A DNA stretch of 64,000 nucleotides from NCBI GenBank assembly GCA_905178155.1, contig CAJINV010000010.1, positions 2,596,466 to 2,660,465 of the forward strand, written 5' to 3'. Positions 24,601 to 33,800 of the stretch are shown one piece after another. Position numbers and translations under genes: made by a program. Below the pieces are notes generated by a model that made no database searches, was not told the origin of the DNA, and saw only the letters and a list, made by a program, of their open reading frames with translations. The first letter of the stretch is position 1. Each line of letters starts with the position of its first letter. The DNA is from Amoebophrya sp. A120. Lineage: Eukaryota > Protista > Dinoflagellata.

Positions 24601-27600
24601 GGAATGGGTCAAACACAACAAGGAAAACGCCGACGCCCGTGTGGACCTGTACGAGTTCTTCAGCGTATAATATCTACCATCATTGTTTATGTTTTTTTTT
24701 TCCTACACCAGATTAGCACTAGTGTGAGCCTGGGTATATTGTTGGAAGTACTCAGATCGTTATCGTAGTCGTTTTTATATTTAAATTTAAATTTAAATTT
24801 ATTACAACTTCATGTTCATGCTCATGCTCATGGTCATGCTCATCTACAATTACTCGCAGGCCAACGTCGACAACATTGCGAACAAAAGCGAAGTGGAAAT
24901 TTACCTGCAGTGCTGGAGAGAGTTCGCCTCCGGTGGCACCCACGAGTGGGCCGAGGTCTGCAGGAACAAAGGTGTCGAGGACGACGAGTCGAAGTACCCC
25001 AACCTCTACCGGTACGACATAACTACTTGATGCGATGAAATGACTACCAAGACAGAGCAATTCTGTGTGGACAAAACTAGAAAGTAAATTCGACGGTAGT
25101 GGAAGTGGAAGTGTTATGTCTAGCGGAAGTGTCATGTCTAGCTTTAACTTTCTGGTCGCTGTCGGATGAGTTGTTCAGTTTTAGTTGCAAGAGAAAAGAC
25201 TTATACTTAATCTCAAACTATTTCTATCAATATTCCAGGACGAAGGTCCTCGATAGTGGTCTGAAGTACCAGCTCCCGGTCATCAAGGACGGCACGTTGT
25301 ACTGCGTCATGAGCTTGGTCTTGGGCGAGAACAAGATCGGGTTGTCGAAGAAGCAGGTCAAGCTGCTGATGCACCTGTGCCAGTTGAACATGTCGCGCCG
25401 CTTGGACTGTGCCGATGAAAGAAACAAGATGGTTTTGCACTTGATCGTTGAGACCGCCCGCAACGCCGCGCGGGACATCGATCACGAAGGGCAAGTGGGT
25501 GCGACCGTGTCGGTATAAGAATACTACTTGCGATTTTGAGTCGATCGCCATGTCTACTTAGCGTCCTCATGCATGGAGCGTTTTTATCTATCACAATTAT
25601 AGACCAGACGATGACCAAGACCACCACCATGATATTACTATTTGAATTGGCATTTGCGTATTTATATTTTTATCTATCACAGACCATCGAGAGCAAGAAC
25701 GACCTCGTGACGGCGATGCGCCCCGTGGATGCCGGATTGTTGTGCGACCAGCCGTGGTTGTTTTTGGCGGAGGACATTCAGTTGGAAAAGCGGCGCAAGA
25801 TCGTGTTGAATGACATTTTGCGGGTCATCAAATTCGACATGAAGATGTTCGGCTGCGACAACTGCGGTGTGTGGACGGTCGTCCAAAAGAGCATCCCCGT
25901 CCGTATTGATTTGTTTTTTGACGTTCATGTTCATGAGTAGCACTTTGTGTTTTTAGATTTAGTTTGCGCAATTCATGAAGTCTGATTTCGCAAGACGACA
26001 TGTGCATGAAACAACGTAAAAAAACAGAGCCGATCGCCAATTTGGCCCCCAAGCACCACGTGATCGTGGACAGCAACCACTTTGATGAGCCCCAGCGTGG
26101 CGTCATCGAGAAGTCCGTGGCCGGCCCGCAGGTCGCCAAGAAGAAGCAGCAGATGCAGTCCGTGACCGAAGAGCAGATCCAGTGGGACAAGGATATTAAG
26201 GAGGAGATGCGGTCCGCAATCAAGGCGTCCATCGCGGCCGAGAAGGCCCGGCACCAGTCGGCCAAGAAGATCGACAAGACGGATCAGCTGCAGCTGGTGG
26301 AAGCTTCCGGTAAGGGAAAGGAAAAGTTTGTCTCCAAGATGGAGCGCCGGCAGAAGTGGTATAGTGATCGCATCGACACGCTGACCTCGGAGTTGAAAAG
26401 CGCGGAGGAAGAGAAGTTTTTCTTGACTACCCTCCTGCAGCGGAAGCTGTCGGTACTGAGTTTCACACTTGATTATGAGATGATGATGATAGGTCGAAAA
26501 TCTGTGTTCTAGATCTAAACCATGAGATATTCATATTGCTTTTTTAAAGAATAAGAAAGATCAGTTGTTCCTGCAGCTTCAACTTCAACTTCGAAACGCA
26601 AACGTATCTTCAGATCCCGGCCGAAATCATCTCGATCGATGTGCCCCACTACGCCTGGGAAGACACGGACATGGACTTTGAGCACGACAACACCATGGTG
26701 GTGTCGGTGGAGGATATCGAGAAGATGGCCGTGGTCCCGGGTCGCTTTCCGGTCGAGATCGAGTGGGGTCCGAACCGCGTGGTGATGGACGACTTGGAGT
26801 ACGACAACGACCCCGGTCAGTACTGCGACTTCATGTCGGACATCGTGTTGGAGTGGAAGCCGGCCAGGTCGATTTCGACCCCGGTCACGTTCAGGGGAAG
26901 GGAGCTCGATGCGGGGGGATATGTCATCAAGTACAAGATGCCCTGCTACACGCCCCCCCCGAAGGACGATGATGAGCCCTCCCAGTCCGCCTCCGACGAC
27001 ACCAAGGGTAAGAAGAAGAAGTCCAAGAAGAAGAAGTTGTCCAAGAAGAACCAGGCTGCGTTCAAGTTGATCGAGAGCGGCAACTTTGGTTTCGGCCAGG
27101 ACAACAAAGCGGCGTCCCAGGACTTCAATGCGGCCTACGAAGAGATGTCGGAGGAGGTGTTCGAGGAGGAGTTGAACAAGGACCGCACGTCGTCCTCCGC
27201 GGCTGCGTCGTCCTCCGCCAACACCAACATGCAGACCGGCGGTTCTAGCTCTTCTTCGTCGAAGCCGAACGTCAACGTGAAGGGCAAGGCGAACCCGAAG
27301 GCCAAGTCGATGAAGAGCATGAAGTCCATGAAGTCCGCCAAGCGCGAGAAGCTGCTGCCGTCCGACGACGAGGGTGAGGACGACAATGCCACCTCGTCGA
27401 AGCACAAGGGAAAGCGATCCCGTGGTGACAGTCTGATCGATGAGGACGACTTGTAATGTTAATGTAACTTTACTAGTACTACTTGATTATGTTGATGAGA
27501 AGGTGATCTTCAACTTTTTCAGAAATTAATGCATGCTGATGAACGCTGCAACTGCAAAAAAATCTACTGCTACTTCTACTTACTCTTACACAAAACTGAT

Positions 27601-30600
27601 GCTACTAAATGGACTAGATGTGCGGTATTTTTCTTGCGTGAAGCATGTGTTTGTCTTCATGCGACACAACGCGAAATTTTGTCTATGTCTTCGCGCGCAC
27701 GATTTTCGAGTCACTGCTTTCGCATTCCGCAAAGTCAGCGACGAGAAGCTACTACGACGGCGAAGTTTGGCAAGATAAATTATGGAATTACTACAACAAC
27801 AACAGGACAGCTCGAAAGCCAGTAGATCTTCGGTCGCTGTCTTAGTCATGTCATATTCAACGACCTATACTAATATCTAAGAAAGAGCCTCTGCTATTTC
27901 TTGCGCCTTCCGGAGCGTTGTTGATTGTGCCTTGACTTAGACCTGTGCCGAGTTCTAAAGCTATCTCCCATGCTTGACTCGAAGCCAGGCGCAACTTCGC
28001 ATTGGCTACATGATACGCTCTCACCGCGGTGCTATGATTTCCTAGTCTTTTTTGTTGTGCAAATAGCTTCGGTCTTGCAACTTTTACTTTCGTACTTGTT
28101 GATGTTGTCTTTCAACATCATCAAGAACAATATAAGTATTATGAATTTCGTATAGAAGTTGAAATCAACAAGTACTGATAGAGCTGGGCACGTAAAATTT
28201 AGATCTTTCTTTTTTTGTTTCGCACTACCTATCGGAATATCAATTTGTTTTCTATCAAGAAATACTTCATCTCTTTGTGCTCAGCTCGACCTTTATCCTG
28301 CTCTATCGTCGACGCCACTCTAGATCATGTCTAGTGATGGTGTTGGCAAAATAACTAGAACTTCACTTTATTGCTGCTTGTCTGTGTCGACGACGTAGAT
28401 GTTTCGCAGCAAAAACGTTTTTACGGAACGGTCACTGTATCATCTGCAAACGATTTCGTAAATCTCTGCAGAGGTGGAGCTGCGCACGCGCAACCACCAC
28501 GGCGGGCAAGAGTTTGAGTCAGCAGAAATTTTTCGTGACTTGTCTATCCGATATATGGGAAAATAAAATGGCACTTTCAATATATCAATATGAATATCTA
28601 TATTCGAAGTTTGTTTTAATTTTATTTTTATTGTTACTTCTACATTATGTTCTTGTTAATGATAATGATATCACATTCACTGTTCTAAACCTCTACGGAG
28701 GCGATTCCACTGTCGATGCATTTTTATGCGGTGCCGAAGTGCGCTGCATAGCCAACCAATCCGAAGCTGTCGGACTAAACGTGTATGTAAAAATCTTTTT
28801 TACTTTCACCTAGGTCTTGGCAGTTTCAAACACTTGTTTTCAGGAGAAGTTGAGGAAGATCGATTGTTGATTTGTGCGTAGAAACGGCGCTGCACCAGAG
28901 GAAACCGCGGACACAGAGAGAGCGCGCTTGCACTTGTTACGACTGAGCTTCCACATCAAAGAAACTTTTGTTGATTCAACTTTCTCGATTCATCGCTGAC
29001 GATGAGAACAACTTCTTTCCCATAGACACTAGCGGATGCGCGTCCGCACCTTCGCGTTGGTCTCGCCCAGTATCGTAGAAGTTGTATCATATAGATATAC
29101 GTGCGTGGCGCACATCCACATGATAAAGCTCTCGGTTGTTGTTTTCCTAATGACATGCAAGTATTGCAATTTCGGTCAATTGTCCTCAAAAAGGTCAAAA
29201 GTTGTGGTTTTGCTGTAAACCACAACTATTCAGATTTGTGACCCACACACACAAATCTGAATAGTTGTGGTTCATCGGTGCGAGGTCGCGGTGTCCAGGA
29301 TGAAGAGGTCGGAACGTCCAGAATGAAGAGGTCGGTTTCCAAAAATATCTGTACTCAGAACCAAAAATATTTGTACCTAGAACCATCATTTTTTTTCGGT
29401 CATGATCAAAATTTTTCGATCATGTGCAAAATATTTTTTGATCATGTGCAAGAAATTTTCGGTCATATGGCAAAAATTGATGAGCAGTTGAACGAAAATT
29501 TTTCATCGGTTCGTCGAGATATGTAGATTTTCCAATGTTCTACTTTTGTATTTTGTTCGTTCATACAATCCCCGTCCCGGCGCACCAACAGGCGAAACAG
29601 CTTTTTCTGCCAATGTTTTATCCACGATGAATCTGCGTGAGCCCCCCGATATCCCAGCAAAGTACATCGAAGCGGTCAACCAGAAAACCAAGACCGCACG
29701 TATGACCCGGTCAGACGTTACAATCTCAAACGTTACAATAGAAGCTGGATTTTGTATTGCATGATGAGAATGACAGATTCGGCCAGCATTCCTCTTTCTG
29801 CAATACAAATTTTGCCAGATTGTAGTGCGGTTTGGGACTCCGGAACTTGTCATGCGCAATCCTATGGGACGCGGACGTGGCTAGATAATGCACTTCTTGC
29901 ATCACAGATTTCCATATTCTATTGTAACGCTTGAGATTGTAAGCCTGAGCAGGTTTTTATAGCACGGCAGCGACAGGTGGCAAGAAGTCTGCTTTCCCTT
30001 ATCCCGATGAAAAAAGCTAGGATGCTTCTACTGTGATACGTGTCTGTGTGTGAAAATACATATATAATGGTGGTCTGAAAGTCTCTAGTAGAAGTGATGT
30101 GGGACGGCAAGACCATTCGCGTGGAAGATTTTTAAGTACAAGCGTCAGCTTGTTTGTTTGTTATGTGCGCCCTCACACGACACATTTTTATTTGAATGTG
30201 ACGTGGTAGTTTTTTCCATTGTGATAGTCTTCGCGCTCGACGAAGACTGGCGGGGCGTTGCCGCCTATCAAGCGGAAAGAAAACATGGTCCCTGTTATTT
30301 CCCCAGCCGACCTGTCATGCAAGTTTGCAGGCTTAGTACGTAGAAAGTGCGGCATGGGCTGGCACATCGACGGCATTCTTGTCTAGGCTTGGCTGTGAAG
30401 AATTCGTCTTCAGCCACCTTGCACAACATAATATTTTCTGGCATGTTGGCGAAGCGACTTTGATTTGTTCTGCATCATGTAAACCAGGTTGCTTTTCTTG
30501 CTACCCACAAGAAAACTCTGTTGCGGCATATAATTGCACAGATTTCATTTTCTCCTTTTGTCTAGTACTTTGGGGCGAGGACCACGTTTTTGCAGAGGAT

Positions 30601-31585
30601 GTCGTGCGGTTCCCCCAGATCGGTCCGGCGCTTCAGGATTTGGGTCTTGGGGACCACAGTATGTAGTTGTCTATTGCTTGGCGGATCCTCAGAGGTTTTT
30701 ATTGTGGCTGGCGCGCGGCTGTGCCGGAACTCGCCATGATGCGGGAGGTTGTTTATATCACTTGGTCAAGGGGGAAGGCGTAGGACCTTTCGCGCGGGTT
30801 GTGCTTACAGGGCGCGCGCTAGTGCGCTAGTAGAGTGGCTTCCTTCTGTGTGAAGGCTTTCCTTTTTCGGGTATTCACATACACTGCTCCTGCTCGAGTA
30901 ACAGATGTTCGTGCTTCGCGCATTGGTCGGCAAGGTATGGGCTACGTGCGCTCGGCACGGCGATTCAGGGACCCGGAGATAACGAGGTGTAGGCGCTGTT
31001 GGAAGCGAGGTTGTTCTGCCACTGGGTATGCTGTGCGGGTTGGATTCGGTCGGTTGCCTGTCTTCCCTTGGGGGCAAGTGGGGCTGGGGCTGGCGCTGTT
31101 CCCCCCATTCAACCACCGGAGGTGGGGTTCTGGGGGGTCTTGCCCTTGGGGCCAGGTGGTGGTGGAGTGGGTCGCTCCCCGCTATGGAAGCTAGGCCCGG
31201 CCTGCTACGCCCAGCCCCTTCAGGCTCGATCCAACGGGCCGCTTGGGTGTTGGCTCTGTCTGAATAACACTCGGAAGGAACGCAGCGAAAATATTTTCTC
31301 CTTTTCTCTCATATGGGGCGGGGACCACGTTACGTTTTTACGGAGGATGCCGTCCGCTTCCCCCAGAAAGGTCCAACGCTGCAGAAATTGCGACGGCAAC
31401 TTATCGAACTAGTGAAAACTGCCTCTACAACCCCCAGAACTTCTTTGAAGACGCTTGTATTGAAAAAGGTCCCAACAATAATTCCGATAGATCAAACAAC
31501 GCCCATCTCGCACCTTTTTCCAGAAACACGACAAATAATTCGCCCTGCAGAACAGCTAAAATTTGCGTTGCAAAATTGCATTTAG
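9612..31585 (+). CDS. T4 Rnl1-like RNA ligase (covalent nucleotidyltransferase), multi-exon, interrupted by the 16-kb transposon
   Basis: Spliced reading gives LFKY..SDFGDPRVREARGIILD..IVCYPFDFFHVYGE, motif I FEKKYDGCLIKV (about 11370), LLISTNNTIDA, WTFLFELLHP, LVFLGAR, motif IV REEGLVY and motif V FWKLRNPKF. Resumes in frame at 29574 and ends ...LQNCI* at 31585 (3' exons less certain). Confidence 0.8.
10177..10484. mobile_element. Introner, family E (long TIR, about 58 bp)
   Basis: TATGGATGTGTCAGGTTTGAAATCGTCAAAGTTGAAATAGTTTG and its inverse; direct repeat CGGGA; joins EARG|IILD. Confidence 0.9.
10529..10734. mobile_element. Degenerate introner
   Basis: TATCAAGATGA / TCACTTTGATT; direct repeat CTACC/CTGCC; removal restores the ligase motif VCY|PFDFF. 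Confidence 0.7.
10780..10954. mobile_element. Introner, family D (TATCACACAGAAAAAAGCTGG TIR)
   Basis: Direct repeat TGCGT; related to 38222-38392. Confidence 0.9.
11403..11844. mobile_element. Introner, family C (AAGGAAAAATCCCCCCTCCCCATATC TIR)
   Basis: Direct repeat CAACG; joins KVVN|VGGR; body similar to 45840-46159 with an extra internal segment. Confidence 0.85.
12500..12648. mobile_element. Introner (short family)
   Basis: TATGCATTGCAAAAG / CTTTGCACAGGATA; direct repeat AGCTC/AGCTG; joins FLFEL|LHP. Confidence 0.85.
13243..13614 (+). repeat. Left TIR (372 bp) with 21-23 bp subrepeats and internal hairpin 13536-13590
   Basis: Inverse match to 29194-29565; ATGAYCRAAA units repeat at about 22 bp; perfect 23-bp stem AACCACAACTATTCAGATTTGTG with a 9-nt loop. 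Confidence 0.93.
15292..19995 (+). CDS. hAT-like DDE transposase, multi-exon with GT-AG introns; main exon 17195-19995
   Basis: Motifs in order: IRVAPDSTP (D1), VCTSDAAADV (D2), CQLH (CxxH), ATHRWMT (RW), TQFTESLHS (E). Intron 16955-17194 is phase-compatible; upstream exons are less certain. The 8-bp TSD fits hAT. Confidence 0.75.
21320..21487. repeat. 168-bp palindrome at the exact centre of the transposon
   Basis: Perfect 38-bp core GAAATGTAGAAAAAGTCCT|AGGACTTTTTCTACATTTC (21385-21422), plus 34-bp outer arms (21320-21353 and 21454-21487, 1 mismatch) on the same axis. Confidence 0.95.
21607..27456 (+). CDS. Large multi-exon protein with ParB/Sulfiredoxin-like domain and Lys-rich C-terminal tail
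   Basis: IIAIAVDP...FYEVISGYHSTRAAQEL resembles the ParB-N/Srx yeiidGhHRxxA motif, followed by LCNESNSTLTTTHVEK. Downstream GT-AG junctions are phase-compatible through to the stop at 27456. The junction near 22190-22446 is unresolved. Confidence 0.6.
23696..24454 (-). CDS. Tyrosine recombinase (phage integrase/Xer catalytic domain) with basic N-terminal tail
   Basis: Catalytic set present: LTGRRGMDV (R), NTK (K), SHTPRRS (HxxR), LSGH (H), LMHYL (Y); single intact 252-aa ORF. Confidence 0.88.
   Translation of the reverse strand: MPKGKRRTKPARSGTKKVAMKARPKVTSKSKARLGAQKSKAPKTRKNNIVDAEERSGSMTMPDCRRFGLHLEKSTGRKTEAGKQYRFAWILACLTGRRGMDVRCLNLEDIQTTQIRIGNTKLAQNSGGRGTLKWVPIQPVKATKDFIVERLQTLRAQGKAAKDRVFSFAYEAFEKKVRTARMTFTPEGKRSCPPHLVTSHTPRRSLIGHLHRSGTALTTIMQLSGHACLTTLMHYLQRDYAYQVEAAEKVKL
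29194..29565 (-). repeat. Right TIR (372 bp) with hairpin 29218-29272
   Basis: Reverse complement of 13243-13614, with offsetting 22/23-bp unit differences. Confidence 0.93.
29701..29961. mobile_element. Introner, family F (GTTACAATCTCAA TIR)
   Basis: TATGACC..TTACAATCTCAAACGTTACAATAGAA and its inverse; direct repeat GCACG. Confidence 0.8.
30000..30226. mobile_element. Degenerate introner
   Basis: TATCCCGATGAAAAAAGCTA / TAGTTTTTTCCATTGTGATA; direct repeat poorly preserved; joins LLSL|ALDEDW. Confidence 0.55.
30266..31349. mobile_element. Degenerate introner with two alternative right ends (30601 and 31349)
   Basis: Left end TATCAAGCGGAAAGAAAACATGGTCC; right end GGACCACGTT..TTT..GAGGATG occurs twice; direct repeat CCGCC/CCGTC at the distal end. 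Confidence 0.55.
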
Positions 31586-33800
31586 GACGACATAGTGTTG
31601 ATGCAGCTTCCGACGCCTCGCCTCTCGGTCTCAATCAGAAAGATGTGCAGTTGTCCTTTCATGAGCTAGGCAAGAAGAAGAAGAACTTCCCACATTTGAA
31701 AATACTTTGCACTTCCTCGGTTGGGTGGCAGTTTATTTCATTTTGATACACGTGGAATTTCTGGAAAGGGCGGGCAAGCTGGGCAGTTGCGCGATGTCGT
31801 CGGGTCGAAATGTTCCTCTGACACTGACTGACATTTCGCGTTTGTTGTCGGTGCGGTTAGGAGGCGGGGGCTCCCATTCAGGTTTAGCAGCGCGACATTT
31901 CTTTTACAACGACGACAGAGCTTTAGGAGCGGAAGATGAAGTAACAAGAGCCCCCTTTGGAGGGCCGCAAGAACCGGTTGAGGGACGACAGGTTGATGTA
32001 GCAAAGACCGGCACAGCATCAACATCAGAATCGCATGCCGGCGGCGTGGTCGGCTCTACAACGACTACATCAGATGGCGCAATAAAAGCCCATGAAACTA
32101 CTTGTGTCGACCACTTTAACGCCATACGGTTTCAGAACCAGTGCGGAAAATTGCTGCAGAAATATTTTGCTCGTGCGTGTTGAGACTAAAGACAAAATCT
32201 GTGCAGAAGCAAGTCGTAGCAAAACGCGGACATAATTTTTAAAAAAGAAGAATAGAAACGCTCAGGCTGACCAACAAAATGGTAAGATGTGTAAAATTTT
32301 GAAAGAACAGATCATCATGGAAGCCTCGCCGTTGCGAGCGCGTCGTCTGTGTCCCGATTTTTGACATAGCTGACAAAGTAATGTGTCCCCGTCCTCTGTA
32401 AAGACTTTTGGATGATCGTGTTCGTATTTCCACTAGTGACGCTACTTCAGCGTGTTCTCGGATCTTATCGGTTCGTCTGCTTGTTCCACTGTCAAGAGAA
32501 ATGTGTTTTCGTCAGCACCACGTGTCGGTTCCTGTTGTGTTGCCGCCTCTTCATCTGACAGATCGGTGCGCTCCTGCGTCTATAATCTACTTGCCGCTTT
32601 CTACTTTAGAAGGACAACAGAATCACCTCTACTGCGCTCGTATGTTCATGATTCGGTCTCGTCCTTGTGATCGGTATCGTTATATATCATACAGCGTTCG
32701 TGATGAATTAGTCGTCGTGCCTTCAGTTGAAATAAACAAGAACATCGCTCATTTGTATCGTGCAACTAGAAGATAGGAGTCGTGCCAGTGCCTATGAAAT
32801 TTTCTGAATACTGCATCGATCGGTGATATCGTGCCAACATTGATGTCGGTCTTTGACTTCATTACGTGCAACCGGTTGTTCGTGTCAACATCTTGCTCGT
32901 GTTTTATTTGATACCCCGTCCTCGTCGTGCAACACCCGTCTCGCATCGTCCCTTCCGAGTCACCGGATAGTAACCACGCGTGCAAGTTGAAACTGTTTTG
33001 TACTTTTAATATCGCACTTCTTTCACGTGCGACGATTTCACTCATCCCTCGGGATGCAGCAGCGCAGGAGCTGCAAAAGAATCGAGGATGCGATCATGAT
33101 CCATTTCGACAGGTGTAGTAAGTAAGTACTTACCAGTGGTATCAATCATTTTTGGCTCTGTGCTCCTCCAAACCCCCCGGAGGAGAATGAGCCTGAAATA
33201 GATTCTGTGCGTACTTACGACTATTCTGGTAAGAGAAACTCTAGGACTCAAGCCCCATTCTATCAAAGGAACAACCCCCAAAATACTTAAAATCCTTTTT
33301 ACAACGCAAGCATCACTACTTTAACTTCTAGGCAAGAGCAAGAGCTGCCAGATTTCGGTCTGGAGTATTTACTGAGGTGGTCGGATCTTGACGCTGCGCA
33401 CAAGAACTCTTGTTTCTGCTAGTAGTATGTAATGTAATGTTTGTTATTCGATTTTTTTTGCACCCCTCTTATAGAGAAATAAACCCCAAAGCTTTTTATC
33501 CATCACTAAAAGAGAACCAGAACATGTTTACTGCTACCGCCGGACGATTCTCCGGTCCGGGGTGAAAAGAAGTTCCGCACGGGACGTCGACTTGCTTTTC
33601 ACTGGACGTGGAGTTGTCACTTCCTACTTTATTTTCAGATTCGTCGTGCGAACCGAATCGGCGAGCACCTCGGCGAGAGCCACCTCCGCGAGGACAGTAC
33701 AACTCCATTTCGGAGTCGGTGGCAGAACAAAATCAAAATAGTGATACCGACCAGGCCAGCGCCAGGGTGGAAGCGTAGTACTACGTGAAAAAAGAATACT

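Larger units (their letters stand above)
13243..29565. mobile_element. Giant (16,323 bp) hAT-like TIR DNA transposon with cargo genes
   Basis: Ends TATGAACGAACAAAATACAAAAGTAGAACATTGG... and its exact inverse; 8-bp TSD CAATCCCC at 13235-13242 and 29566-29573; encodes a DDE transposase. Confidence 0.93.

Noticed and set aside
26515-27405. Long minus-strand ORF (296 aa) and similar antisense ORFs such as 17191-17961
   Set aside because: Shadow frames of GC3-rich plus-strand coding exons.
13243-29565. Giant element as the autonomous mobiliser of the small introners
   Set aside because: Its TSD is 8 bp versus 5 bp for the introners, and TIR similarity is limited to the terminal TATG/CATA. Not supported, though not excluded.
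30700-31260. G-rich stretch with overlapping ORFs and G-quadruplex potential
   Set aside because: No recognisable protein motif; lies between the duplicated introner ends, with no evidence of function.
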